A DNA stretch of 64,000 nucleotides from Octopus vulgaris (lineage: Eukaryota): contig OX597817.1 in assembly GCA_951406725.2 (NCBI GenBank), forward strand, positions 102,734,001 through 102,798,000, read 5' to 3'. A program made the translations under genes and the position numbers. Positions 11,959 through 25,894 of this stretch are shown piece after piece. Positions within the stretch are counted from its first letter, which is position 1. Each line of letters opens with the position of its first letter. Under the pieces are notes generated by a model that was given only the letters and a program-made list of their open reading frames with translations, was not told the DNA's origin and did not search any database.

Positions 11959-13054
11959 AAGTAATTTTAAAAAAAAGAATATCCAGGAATTCAGCAAGGA
12001 TATGTCAGTCGAGGCCAGCTATGAATGGGAGAATGAGCAGCTATGTTGGTAGTTTAGGTTAAGAATGTAGTTCTTTAAAGTGTGTAATTTGATATCTAAG
12101 GTCAGTGACTCGGGTGAGAAGGAGTCTGCTAGACTGGAGTGGGTTGTGGGAGAAAGTTTATAATAGTAAGCTCTGGGTTGTGGCAAGTAAGGAGGGGGGT
12201 CATAAAACAATTAAGGATAAGGGAAAAAAAGGAAGATAAATCAAACGTAAAGGTGAAAGAAAAATAAAGGCATACGAACCAATCAGGTATAGAGTCGGGG
12301 TATGGTAATCTCTTTTGAGAAAGAGAACACAGAAATTTAGGGGTATTCAGTGGATGTTGGTTGAAAGTGGGTAGAGGGAAAGAGTACGGGAACCATCAAA
12401 TAAGATGGAACTTATGGAATTAAAGTTATAGTAGAGTTTATAAGGAGATTAAAAATTAAAATTTAAAGCAGGATGGGGTTATATATAGAAAAACACTTAG
12501 TACGGGGTCAGAAGAAATAGCAGATCGGAATCAGGAAGGCCAGCGATAGGGAGTTGTCTAATGATTAACTATGGAATGTTAAACGGGCAGCTATGACATC
12601 AAAATCAGATGGTATAATCATCTTTGTGTGAATCAGGTGAAGCAACTCAAGACAATAGTCGTGGGTTCGAGGTTTGGGTAGTGTGTTCTATTTACTATAT
12701 AACAAGCGCTGTTGAAAACTGGGATCTATTCCATTTGACGGATAGATTTTTTAATTTTTTTTTTTTTTAACTAAACACTTTGAAACTTCGGATACTGGTA
12801 GAATGTGTCACATAGAACAAAGTTTACTCTTAACGTTTTTGACAAAATGTTGTATTTTAGAAGTTATTTCGTGTTTGTATTTCGGTAATTCAGCTGAAGA
12901 AAATTACTGCTGCTGTTTGCGACCAACAACTTCCGGGTCCATTGACAAAACGCCGAGTCTTCGACAACAGAAAAATTTAAACTGAAAATCTCCCCTAACA
13001 AAACCCTTTTGATACATATATGTGTAAAAAATCTCATCACGCAATCGAACCAAT

Positions 13055-13320
13055 GAAAGAACCTCTACTTGGTCGCTCGACGCGCTAAAAATAGCAGCCA
13101 AAGTACCCCCCTACCTAAATCACACGCCCATTGTATGTCATGTTCAAGATTATCCCTAAAAAGACGGTTTGCTGAAGGCTGGAATGTCTTTGATGATAGG
13201 TTTGCTGTATCAGGGTTGATTTGAGGCTAAATAACAACAGAATTATTACTGAAACAGACCAACGACGGAGCCTGTATGTGGTTGCATGACCTTGCTAGAA
13301 AAAGTAGCCAAACTTTTTTT
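13055..13320 (+). repeat. Interspersed repeat with gctagaaatagcagccaaa-type motif
   Basis: Two units here; related pieces at about 23040-23200 (-), 45110-45170, 48935-49095 and 60770-60830 (-). Confidence 0.55.
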
Positions 13321-13679
13321 ATGTACAGAATAGAAAAACCTCTGACACATTCAACCAGTATCCGAAAACTGTGTGTTGATGTAAGGAGTACTTAAGTAGA
13401 AAAAATGGAAACGAACAGTCTAGGGTGTGCAGGCAGCTAATAGAAGTTAATTATCATTGTCATCGCTATTGCATAATACCGGGTACACCAGATAGAGTGG
13501 TTAGTTCCTTTAATATAGCATACTAAGCTAGTAAAGTAAGAGTGGAGAAGTTATTGGTAAAGGGAAAATGGGACTAGGGAGCGCATAGAAACGAACGGTT
13601 GGTGGATAGACTAAGGGTCAACGAAAGAGGGAGTAAATTGGATTGGGCCTAGGTTGGGGGCTATTATAGAGGTTGTTTA

Positions 13680-14175
13680 ATGTCCAACAAAGGTTCATTC
13701 GTGAGACGTGACAGCAAAGAAGAGCACACATTCACTCTCTGCGCACGATTAGACATGGATAGTGTATGAGGAACCCATTGACCCAATTTGCTGACTATTC
13801 AGATGGCATGCAGGTGTCGATGAATGGTTGAAAGAGCAAAACCAAGCTTCTCTGCTAGTTCCTCAACATTTACGATGGGATTTTGTTCCACCAGGATTTA
13901 CGGGACGTCCTCATCGAGCTCTACAGATCTTCCAGGACAGGGCTCGTCCTCTAGACTGTAGTTTCCGGCTCGGAATTTCTGAAACCACCGTTGACACTGG
14001 TTTACTCTTACTGTCCGATCACCATATACTGCATTAATATTCCTCGCACTTTCTGTTGGGTTGTTGCCTTTATTGAATTCATAAAGCAAAATATGCCAAA
14101 TTTTTTCCTTTGTCACTTCCGACTTTTAAGTTCATGCAATTGAAAAAACCGCATTACTTATGGGATGGCTCAACA
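13680..14175 (-). mobile_element. Truncated copy of mariner family B
   Basis: Matches 17310-17898, including one TIR (aaaaaaccgcattacttatgggatggctcaa) and the HTH region HILLYEFNKG...QRWFQKFRAGNYSLEDEP. Confidence 0.9.
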
Positions 14176-14580
14176 TGTGTGTGTGTGTGCGCGCGTGCGC
14201 GCGCGTGTGTGTGTGTGTGCGCGCGTGCGCGCGCGTGTGTGTGCGTGCGCGCGCGCTGTGTGTGTGAGTGTGTGTGTGTACTGATATATGCAAATATATG
14301 AAAAACTCTGTAATCTGTAGTACATACATGTGTATGTATGCAAGCATGTATGTATTTACGTATGTATTGCATAAGTCAACAAATGTTGAGAGGACTGAAT
14401 TTACATAAAGAGTGGAATATTTACTTTATAACGTTTGTGAAACGCTTAATTATAAACAGGCTACCGTCCCTCTTATACCAGAAGTAATCCTATGAAAGGG
14501 CGTTGCTTATCTTACATTCGCTTTCCATAAGATCTTTAACTCAAATGAAATTTGTGGTAGCCTGCATAATATTAAACTCG

Positions 14581-14645
<65 letters not shown>

Positions 14646-14649
14646 GTAC

Positions 14650-15500
14650 TGATCTGTGATAGAAAATTCAACAAAAAAGTACTCCATCTAGTGAGAGATA
14701 AGTATCATTTATTTAAATGTCACAATACATGTATTAAAGCGCTACTAATAGATTCAGATGTTGAGGATGACAAGAATGTTTACATATATCTATATGCGAG
14801 TTTCTCATTAGGCTTATGAAAAGGTTTATACAAGGAGGAGTTTAAATCTAGGGCAACATCTAAATAATCAACTATAGGGAGATTAGTAGCTACTGTAATT
14901 TTAAGTCCTAACTGATTAAAGGTAGAAATTAGTTGCTTTCTAAACCTATCAAGTTTGTGACGGTCACACCCATGGGAAATAGCCAAACCGTCGTCACGGT
15001 ATAGGCCAACATCATGAGCTGAGTCTCTATATCTCAATGTGTTTAATATAAGCTCACAAGTTCACAGACGTCAGCACTACCATATAATCCCATAGATACA
15101 TCAAATAGTTCATCACTATGCGACTTTTTTTACCCATGCTAATCCTAAATAATAATATAACTAAGAAAACCTATATTGGATTATGTGAAGGTGAATTTAA
15201 AAATCGCTATGCCAATCACAATCCTTCCAGCATAGGGACAAAAGTAAAGCTACTAAGTTGGCTAGCTACATATGGACTTTGAAATATAACGAAAGACCGC
15301 ATGCGATTAAATGAAAAGTAATTGAGGAATCCATACCTTATGTGAATGGATCGAATAAATGTAGACTTTGGTTGAAAGAGCGCAGATCCTGTTCAGATCT
15401 AAGATCCTTAACTCGCTATTGAACTCTAGGTCAGAAATTTTCAGTGGTTGCATGCATATGTATAAATAAAATTTGAAGAATTGGAAAATTCTGCCTCTTC
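14650..15500. mobile_element. Penelope-like element fragment with internal inversion (RT on minus, GIY-YIG on plus)
   Basis: Minus 14780-15130: GLYRDDGLAI...LGLKIT...DYLDVALDL...YKPFHKPN. Plus from about 15160: TKKTYIGLCEGEFKNRYANH...ATKLASYIWTLK...NSRSEIFSGCMH. Confidence 0.88.
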
Positions 15501-16540
15501 CTGACTGACTTGATATCTTTCAAGCCTTATCATTTAAGTTCTAAGGAGGATAGCTCTTTTACCTTTTTACTTTTTATATTTTACATTTTAGTTTGTTTTT
15601 CGTTTTCCGTTGTTTAGTGTCTGCGTTTTCTATACCTCGCCTTCTCGATTTTTACAATTCAAAGTAAATAACTCAGAAAAAAGCTTTTGTGCGTTCGCAG
15701 AGAATATTGCCCTCAGCGGCGCTAGTGTTGGTATATTCGTGAATAAGTGACCAACCGAAATAAGTGGATCTATTATTTAGGAAAATACTATTTACTTGTT
15801 TAAGCGTTGTACTAGATAATTTGCGAAAATAGCTCAAATAGTTCAAATACTAAGAAATAAACATACCCAATTTGATTTATACGAAATAATTTATGACCAT
15901 GAATGGGTTATTTCCCTTGGCTATATATAAGGATCTCTTTCAGGAGCGAATGGGTTATTTCCTTTGGATGTTTAAAAATAATATATTAGTTATATGTAGT
16001 AGATATAAGAATCCCTTCCAGGGGCCCTATTATCGATTTTTCTTTCAACAATCTAAGTATAACACTAGTTTTCCAGACATGAGATCTACTCACGTGACAA
16101 GTTTCATCAAAATCGATAAAAAGATGTAGGAGGAGTTAAATAACAACGCCACAAGCAAACACACCCACAGATTCCCACATATGTAGTAGATATATGTGTG
16201 GGTGTGCGCGCGTGTGTATGTATGTATGTATGTATGTATGTATGTATGTATGTATGTATGTATGTATGCATGTATGTATGTATGTATTATAATGGAATAG
16301 ATACTATGAAGAATTGTGTAGAATATATTGTATAAAGGATCGTGGGTGAGGCCAGAACAGTGAGAAGTAAAAGCAAGGCAAATCACAAGATTTGTATTCT
16401 TGTGATTTGCCTTGCTTTTACTTCGCATTGTTCTGGCTTTACCCACGATCCCTTATACAATATATATACATATATATAGATATAGATATAGATATAAATA
16501 TATATGTATGTATATATGTATATATATATACATATATATA

Positions 16541-16677
<137 letters not shown>

Positions 16678-16680
16678 GTA

Positions 16681-17895
16681 TTGGGTCATCCCATAAATAA
16701 TGCGGTTTTTTATACTTCTTTTAATCTAAAATGTACTCTCCTTCATTTTCTACAATGCACTTCCATCTATCTGGTAGACTTGCAAGGCCTCTCTTCCTAA
16801 ATTCACTTGTCCGTGATGAAAAATACTCCTCCAGTACTGTTCAAACCTCGTCTACAGAATTCATATTTTTCCGTCCAAATGATTTTGAAGACAGCCGAAT
16901 AAATGATAATCAGACGGGGCAATGTCCGGCGAATATGGTGGGTGTGGCATCGTTTCCCATTCAAACTGCTCCAGCCTTTCGAATTTCATCCTAGCTGTAT
17001 GTGGCCGAGCATTATCCTGATGGAAGAACACCTTTCATCTTGAAACCAAACATGGTCGTTTTTCTCCTAGCGCTGACTTAAGCTGCTCAAACTGCTCAGA
17101 GTAGATCTCCTTTGTTATCGTTTGGTTTGGGTTTAAAAGTTCAAAGTGAACTAAACGTTTCATATCCCACTAAACAGATAACGACACCTTACGTAGGTGA
17201 AGACCTTCTTTAGCCTGGGGTGCCGATGTTTCTCCTTTCCCTATCCACTGTCTTCGACGCTTGACATTTTTATAGAGAACCCATTACTCGTCGCCAGTCA
17301 CTATTCGGTCCAACAAAGGTTCATTCGTGAGACGTGACAGCAAAGAAGAGCACACATTCACTCTCTGCGCGCGATTAAACTCGGAGAGTTTGAGAGGAAC
17401 CCATTGACCCAATTTGCTGACTTCCGATAGCACGCAGGTGTCGATGAGTAGTTGAATGACCAAATTCAAGCTTCTCTGCTAGTTCCTCAGCAGTTACGAT
17501 GGGATTTTGTTCCACCAGAGTTTGCATGACGTCCTCGTCGAGTTCTAAAGATCTTCCAGGACGAGGCTCATCTTCTAGACTGTAGTTTCCGACTCGAAAT
17601 TTCTGAAACCACCGTTGACACTGGGTTACGCTTATTGTTCGATCACCATATATTGCATTAATATTCCTCGCACTTTCCGTTGCGCTGTTGAACTCATAAA
17701 GCAGAATATGGTCCTTTGTCACTTCCATTATAGCTGTTAAAATCGAGGTGCACTCTTCAAAACTTGCATTAAGAATAAATACAAAGTAAAATTACTACCT
17801 GCTTTTAAAGTAAGTTGATGCAGGTAGTTTATCCTGTCCACCTCCGACTTTTAGTTCATACAATTGAAAAAAACCGCATTATTTATGGGATGACC

Positions 17896-17898
<3 letters not shown>
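16681..17898 (-). mobile_element. Mariner-type DNA transposon family B, near full length, inserted in (TA)n
   Basis: 30-bp TIRs ttgggtcatcccataaataatgcggttttt at both ends, TA flanks. Transposase from ATG 17728 with WVPLKL, DRIVTGDE, HQDNARPH, PYSPDIAPSDYHLF; frameshifted. Confidence 0.95.
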
Positions 17899-17952
<54 letters not shown>

Positions 17953-18092
17953 AGCTATGTTAGCAGACTCCAGGAGAACAGAAAACACTATGTACTGATA
18001 TACATATTCACATATACTGACATGTACAGAATGATACATAGATTCAATAAATTAAATCACACGTGCACACACACACACACACACACACATAA

Positions 18093-18124
<32 letters not shown>

Positions 18125-18334
18125 TCTCACACACACGCACGCACGCACGCACGCACTTACACACATGCACTAACACACTCTCTCACACATGCACGCTTAA
18201 ATGGAATATTAATAAGACATCATTAAAGAATTATTTTTTTAAATAATGAAGTGTTACCAAAATGAAATCGCCGCCAAAGTTTGAATTTTGACTGTCTTGA
18301 CTGTCATTGAAAAATATGATGAACTTATCGACAT

Positions 18335-18518
18335 GATGGTAGTGATGGAGTTGATGTGACGGGGGTGGGGATCGGTGGCGTTATTGGCGTTAGTTTTGTA
18401 ATAGTGGTGGTGGTGGTGGTGATGGGGGTACTGTTAAGCGGGAGTAGAAGTGGTTGTAGGGTAAGTTTCAGTGTGAGGGGTGAATATGATGTGGCAGCAG
18501 CAGCAGTGGTAGTAGTCC

Positions 18519-18561
<43 letters not shown>

Positions 18562-18635
18562 TGGTGGTGGTGGTTTAGTAGTGACGGCGGCAGGGACGAT
18601 CTTGGAGACGGTGATGATGGTGATAATGGTGATGG
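18335..18635. repeat. Degenerate (GTG)n/(TAG)n/(CAG)n trinucleotide low-complexity tract
   Basis: Runs of gtg, gca and tag triplets. Confidence 0.9.
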
Positions 18636-18929
18636 CACCAAAGTGGACTTGTTATGATTTGACATTATTAGTGTTTGCGGAAGTAGGGTTCTGTAGTATT
18701 CAAAGTTAATGTTTTCAACTAAGGGCGGCGTTGAAGAGAAAGATTCTTCGTGACGTAGTTTAGGATGACACGAGGGTTAGCAGGAAAATGGTGTAACTGA
18801 TATGAATATGTGTACAGAGGTAATAATATGATGCGGCGGCGGTGGCGAAGATGGTAGTTCTAATGATACTTAAATTATGTGTATTATGTACGTGTATATA
18901 TACGTGCGCGGATATACGTGTGTGTGTGT

Positions 18930-19021
<92 letters not shown>

Positions 19022-19584
19022 AGAAAAGAAAGAGACTGTGTGTGTGTGTGCGTGTGTGTGTGTTCATTTCAGTCTGACACACACACTTATACACAGTTTG
19101 ACTTCCTGTTAGACTGCAATTTATATAACAACTATATATGTTAATTCAAAGAACTCCCATATTTTTCAATAACAGCTGAAAGGATTTCAAAAGTGGTTTC
19201 ACACAGCAGACAATTAATACAACCCTAAAAATATTTCTGAATAGAGAATTTTTTGACTACATTTTTAAAAAAAAAAAAAAAAAGGCTCATAATATTTCAC
19301 TGAAATTATCTGCAACTTCAGGTGAGTTTGATTTTTATGATTTTTAAAAATTTTACTGTGCTTTTGTTTGATATTGGATTTGTCATTTTGCTATATTTTA
19401 TTGGCAAAACAAAACAATTTCTCAAAAAAGTAATGTAAGAACCAACTAAAGAGATGACTGGTTTCATGCAAGACAATTTTTTTACAGATTGTGGTGGTGG
19501 CGGGGGTCTCGCGCATAACAAAACACAACAAAGCCTATAATATATAATTTAATAGTTATATATGTTATATATATATTATCCTTT

Positions 19585-19782
19585 TTTCTATAGGCACAAG
19601 TCCTAAAATTATAGTGGGAGTGAGTGGTTAGTCAATTACGTCGATCCTAATACTCCACTGGTACTTATTTTATCAACCCTGAAATGATGTCGCCTTTGGT
19701 GAAATTTGATCTTAGAATTTAAAGGTAGACGAAATGTAGCATTTTTGTCCGGCATGCTAACGATTCTGCCAGCTCGCCACCC
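19585..19782 (-). mobile_element. SINE family A copy
   Basis: ggcacaag...actggtacttattttatc...gctaacgattctgccagctcgcc. Confidence 0.8.
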
Positions 19783-20369
19783 CTGTTATTATGCATATAT
19801 AATGCAAATGTAAATATTATTTAGTATATTATGCATTTTGATTTTACTCTTATTAGACTGTGCGGCCCAGTATCAAAAATTATCCACGGCTCGCTCTGGT
19901 CCACGGCCTAAGCACTGGTCCAAAGCCTGGTGGTTGGAGTATGGTAGATTGAATCAACGCCAGTATCTGACTGGTACTTATATTGACCACTCCCGGAGAT
20001 ATAGAAAGCAAAAGCATAGTACAAATATTCTTATTAGTGTGATCAATAAAAGTTGTCATATTTTATGTATCGGATTGGTTGACTGTAGGAGAGGTGGTTG
20101 AAAAGTTATTTCACCACACACACACACACACACACACACATTCACGCTCACACTTCGATATATTCACATTACCAAGTACACATATACATACACATTACCA
20201 CAAATACGTTTTTTTTCCATCTTTTACGGCCATGCTGGTTCACCTCCTTGAGGGATTTTAGTCGAACAAATCGATAGGGTTGTTTTGCCGAACCACTAAG
20301 TCATGAGAACGTCAACGAACCAACACAGGTTTTCAAGCGGCAGTTGGGGACTGACACTAACTCACACAC

Positions 20370-20453
<84 letters not shown>

Positions 20454-20734
20454 TATAATATATAATTTAATTATATATATTATGCTTTCTTCTATAGGCA
20501 CAAGTCCTAAAATCATTGTAGGAAGGTTAGTCAATTACATCAATCTCAATGTTCCACTGGTACCGGTTTCTTTCTGACTCCGTCTTCGGGTTCCGGGCGT
20601 CCACTTGTCTTCGCCAAATTGGGATGAAGGCGTCGCAGCTGAAGGAAGGCTCTTGTGAGATAAAATAGCTGATGCAGCTGATATATCTGGCCTGTGGAGT
20701 TCGTTCATTTTCTTATTATTTTACTTATTGACTG

Positions 20735-20912
20735 CGGTGAAGCCAGCGTCCCGCTTCAAAGGATTTGATCAATTAAATCGAACTCCAACACTAGTTCTTT
20801 AAGTCTGGTGCTTATTCTATCGGTTTTCTTCGTGCTGAACGGCAAAATTACAGGAATTTAAACAAATCAACACCAGTTGTCAAGCGAACGCACTAGCAAA
20901 TGCATACATACA

Positions 20913-20995
<83 letters not shown>

Positions 20996-21131
20996 AGACT
21001 TCCGCACAGTTTCCGCCTCCAAAATACATTCACAGGCATTGATCGTCATGCGGCTAAATGTTGCGAAGTAGGACTGAACCTGAAATCATGTGTCTACAAA
21101 GTGACCATCTTACCACACACCCATGCCTGCG
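20735..21131 (-). mobile_element. SINE family B copy, diverged
   Basis: Matches 30088-30510 with internal (CATA)n(TA)n. Confidence 0.7.
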
Positions 21132-22353
21132 CCTTTTGTGGGTGGGTGCTTTTTACTATGTGCGTGCTTTTTTTGTTTTGTTTTGATATGCGAAATCTGT
21201 TTTGTTTGAGCCAAAACTAAATATTTTGACATTTCACAAATGATCAAAAGAGGAGGCACCCTTGACAGTCACTTCGCTGCAAAGTTCAAATTTTTGAAAT
21301 AATATTTCCTACTCTGTGGTTATGAAACTAAAACAGTGGTTCGCAATTTTTTTTTAACTTTGTGATACACATGGAATCAAATGAAAATATTTGCAGTGCT
21401 CTTTGAATGAGCAGGCAGACAACAGTTGCTTACAAGTTAAACATTTAAAAAGAGGATGTAGAAAAATGTTGTTTTCATACTTTATTAATAAAACACTTTT
21501 ATAATAAAATTATTTTTATCAGGTTTTTCAAGATTATAAACCAGTATAAATTATTTTTAAAGCTTTCGATATGGTTTTAAAAATTTGTGGGAGACCTAGA
21601 AACCGACTGAGAGCTACTGTGCTATGCTATCGTCTGTTAATTAGTCGTATTTTCCACCAGTTTGTAGTTCATTAAATGAGGTGAAAGAAAAAAGCAGTGC
21701 TAATTCCCATCGATCACAGTGCTAAAAAACGAAATGAAACATATATCCGTTTCTCTTCTGGGTCATAACTGATCCCACAGCTAAGGTGTATTTCAATGGG
21801 GTTTTTTGGTGGGGAGGGGGATTTAAACGTAGTTTCACAACTAAAACATCTGAAAATATGTAAAAATTCACGGCTCTAATTAATATATTTTGACTTTTCG
21901 GGAAAGTGATAAAAATCAACTTAGCTTACTTATTGACTTCTGTAATATATCATGTCTTGGTGAGTCAACAAAAATTTATGTTGGTATGTTTATGTATATA
22001 CATGTAAGTGTGTACATACACATACACACACACATATATACGCACGCACATACACGCGCGTGCATACACACACAGGTGCGCGCCCACACAAAATGTGAGT
22101 TCGCAGAGTCGTTGAGCATCAGATAGAGTTCGTTCCGAGTCCTTGCACTTTCAGTTCTAATCCCACAGAGGTCAAGGTTGCTTTTCATCCTTTTGAGGTT
22201 GATAAATCAAACAGCAGTCTAGTATTAGGCCCGGTTCTTCTCATTTACTCTCTTTATCTCTAGAAATATAGAAAAATCGGTTTTAATAAAATTTGAAGAA
22301 GGCATTTAAAATGCCTAAAGCATTCTGTTTCTCTCAAGAGTGCCCTTAAGAAG

Positions 22354-22416
<63 letters not shown>

Positions 22417-22467
22417 CCCAGCATGGCCACATCTCATGAGCTGAAACTAGAATCAATCAATCAATCA

Positions 22468-22507
<40 letters not shown>

Positions 22508-22735
22508 CGTAGATGAATAGATAGAGAGAGTGTGTGTGTGTGTGAGAACGCTGACAGAGTTGTCAGAGGCCTCTTTACATTCTAATTTCGAATCCTGCTT
22601 AAGTTATCTTTGCTTTTGATCGTTCTGAGGTTGGTAAAATAAGGACTAATTAGGAAATGGAGTTGATTATAATCAACTTTTTCTCCTACAAAACTTGAGG
22701 CCATATACCTATGTTAGAAATCAACATAATATGCA

Positions 22736-22945
22736 AAGGCGGCGAGCTGGCAGAATTGTTAGTCGCGCCGAGTGAACTGCTTAGCGGAATTTCATCCGTC
22801 TTTACATTCTCAATTCAAATTCCACTGAGGTCGACTTTGATGTTCATCCCTTTGGGATCGATAAAATAAATATCAATCAAGCAATGGTGTGGGCGTAATC
22901 GACTAACTCCTGCCTCCGAAATTGCTGACTTTGTGTCATAATTTG
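22736..22945 (+). mobile_element. SINE family A copy
   Basis: aaggcggcgagctggcagaattgttag...ttcaaattcc...gaggtcgacttt...gatcgataaaat. Confidence 0.85.
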
Positions 22946-23766
22946 AAATCTATATTATATAATATACAAGATTTTTTCTCCTTCCCCCCCTCCCACTCTC
23001 GTCTCCTCCTCTTCATTTTCTACTCCACCTACTTTTTTTTACAGCCTCATATCATTGTTTGATACGCAGACCCATAATAAATGTTGTTCTGGCCTTGACC
23101 TCCCCATCTTTTGCGCCCGGCTGAGCGTCTGAACTAATACAATTCGTGAGTGATTTCGCTGCTATTTTTAATCGATCACGCGAGCGTGTAAAGGCTTCTG
23201 GAAAGCATTATAGTTTCTTAAATTTAAATGAAAGATCTGAAGATTAGAAGTCTTAGGATACGTGGCGCTGTATCAACATGGCCAAAGCCAATTGGCTGAC
23301 AGTAGTAAAATAACATAAAGATAGATAGAATACATGCATTGGCTATATTCAGTAAAATCAATTGGAAGACAACATATTCAAACGAGATAATTCATGTAAA
23401 ATATTTCAGTATACTTTTAAAATTTAAACTGTGTTGTTATTTTTTAACACCAGACCAGTCCTGAGTCTGAAGACCTACAGTCAAATGTATCTGCAATTAT
23501 ACTACCTACTGTGTCTTTACCACTTTTAGGACGCCAAGATTTTAGGGATATTTCGTTACTATTCTACCAAACTGGATGACAAGGTATTGATTCTCACGTT
23601 GCTTTAAATAATTAGTTAAACGAGCATCTGATCAATACCGATCATGGAACTGTGGAATTAGTGAGAATTACCTACGAGATGTTAATTCAATATTTAGAGT
23701 TGTGACTATTGCAGAATACGTACCTGTAGCTTTATGCATATGAGGTATACAGCAGATATCAAAAAT

Positions 23767-24093
23767 AGGCACTCCGTCGGGCACGACGACGACATGTACT
23801 GATCCGACCAGTTGACCCGACCAACAGAACAGCCTGCTCGTGAAATTAACGTGCAAGTGGCTGAGTGCTCCACAGACACACATACCCTTAACGTAGTTCT
23901 CAAGGAGATTAAGCGTGGTGCAGAACGTGTCAACGCGGGCCATTTGGCTTACATATATATTTTTGCCAGCTGAATGAACTGGAGTAACAAGAAATAAAGT
24001 GTCTTGCTCAAGGATACAACGTACCGCCGGGAACCGAATTCACAACTTTACGATCGTAAGCTGAATACGCTAACCACTAAGCCATGCGCCTTC
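23767..24093 (-). mobile_element. tRNA-derived SINE family C copy
   Basis: Reverse head aaggcgcatggcttagtggttagcgtattc...gaattcggttccc, core ccttgagcaagacacttt; homologous to 36577-36895. Confidence 0.85.
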
Positions 24094-24364
24094 AAAAAAG
24101 ATATACACAAAACACAATTCACACTGTACATACTCTAAACAGAAGCATCCAATGGACTGACACAATACATACTCTTATATAACTGACACCCGATTCTATA
24201 GCACCAACAAATCACATTAAAATACAGTTTCCACCCAGCATCATGCAACTCACACGGTACAAAGTCCACGCAATCAACATCCAACATTATCATACAACTC
24301 ACACACCACATAGAAATCACGAACACTACTCAACAAAGTAATGAAACTTACATTGTATATATTT

Positions 24365-24907
24365 ATGGTGGATCGAATCCACTTCATGCATGCAAGATCC
24401 ACAGTATGATGTTGTAAGAGAACAGAATTGGAGCTAGTGAGAGTGAGAGAGTGTGGAACGTTGTCTTTCTTTTTCCCTCTGGCCGTTTTGTCTATCTGCC
24501 TCCATGATTCTAGTGGTCAGTTCACTAACTGATGTTAGCTCTCTCTCAACTCACGAGTTTGTCACCAAGGTGACTACTCCGTTGAGTCGTCACGACTGCG
24601 ACGAACTGATTTTTGCTTGGGGTATACTTGCTTTTATAACTATCTAGAAGGATAGATATATCATTGAAAACAATAGATTTAGTTGGTGGTCTTGTTATCT
24701 CTATTCTAGCTTTTGGTGAAGTAGAAGAGGTTAGAAAGGGTCAAGTGGTGAAGACATTATTTCGGCCTAGCTAAAGGCATCTGGAAAATGTAAAACTGCT
24801 GTCACGGAAAAACCATTGTTCCATCGTGGGAAAAGTTCTGTAGCAGTGTTAATTTAAATTTGGCTGTGGTGGTTCGAATCCACTTCATGCATGCTAGATC
24901 CACTACA
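24365..24907. mobile_element. LTR-like interspersed repeat, copy 1 (empty site)
   Basis: Homologous to 47175-47320 plus 48541-48855; ends ccactaca; about 40-bp direct repeat tggtgg.tcgaatccacttcatgcatgc.agatccac at both ends. Confidence 0.65.
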
Positions 24908-25821
24908 TACTCTACACAACAGATGAAACACTAAAATAACATCAAGCACAACAAAAGAAATCCTACAACAATGCTAAGTTGATGTAGCGTTCAAACACAT
25001 CGGTTTCATCTCCCAAAATTGACAATGCCGCATACATTTCTGAAACATGGAAATGCATTCTATGGCGCCTTTGGAACTCACATAAAACTGATAGATATAA
25101 TAGTACATAATGCATTAAATAATTGATCTATCTGCTCATTAGTGATCAGAGGTCCGTATCGATACTTGATAAATCTTCCTGAATGTTTCCTCACAGCTTA
25201 TAGTAAAAAGGAAGTATAAAATAAGCATTAAATAAACTATTTTGCTAAGAAAAAGAACGAAACGCTTCAAGTGGATTTTAAATCGCGAACTCTGAGCAAT
25301 TTCAATATCTTATCCACTTGTTTAGAAGATGTGAAGATGACGATGGCAACGGGAAAATGAAAGAGGAGGTTCGAATCACGTCGGGTTCACCAAATGTAAC
25401 AAAGGCTGTAGTAGTCGGCATTTCAGCAGTACAAGGTGAATGACAACAATGATTGATCGTGTCTTGTACGAAAAGCTGCTCGCAATAAAGAGAAGTCATA
25501 CAGCTTGTGGAAGCGAAGGAAAACTGACCGCTGATGTTCTCTCAGAGTTCCTATTTATATTTATGGGGAAAACTGAATGTATGTTCGTGAACAAAGGAAT
25601 ATATATATCTTATCTATCAATAACATCCAAATGACCGTAGAATTCTAACTCAGACAAAGGAATCAATACAAGTTTGACAGGTGGCCCCATAAGTCTCTGG
25701 GTATTAACGCCGAAAGAAAGGCAAAGGTCTCGCAGGGAAATCTAGGTTAGGGTTTCGATTCTTGGCTATAAATCCCAAAAAACGAGCTCTTACAACTCTA
25801 TCGCATGTGTAGTAAGTACTA

Positions 25822-25861
25822 CATCTAATTTGTTGTTTACCGTTTTTTTTTTCTCTTTCAG
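25822..25861 (+). promoter_or_regulatory. Splice acceptor upstream of STEAP ATG (5' UTR intron)
   Basis: Branch-like ctaat at about 25825, polypyrimidine tract ttttttttttctctttc, AG at 25860-25861, 33 nt before the ATG. Confidence 0.7.
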
Positions 25862-25894
25862 ATAACTCTTTCTTACTCAACTTCCAGTTAAACC

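Noticed and set aside
22736-22830. tRNA gene
   Set aside because: A/B-box-like head continues into the SINE body; no convincing cloverleaf or T-run terminator
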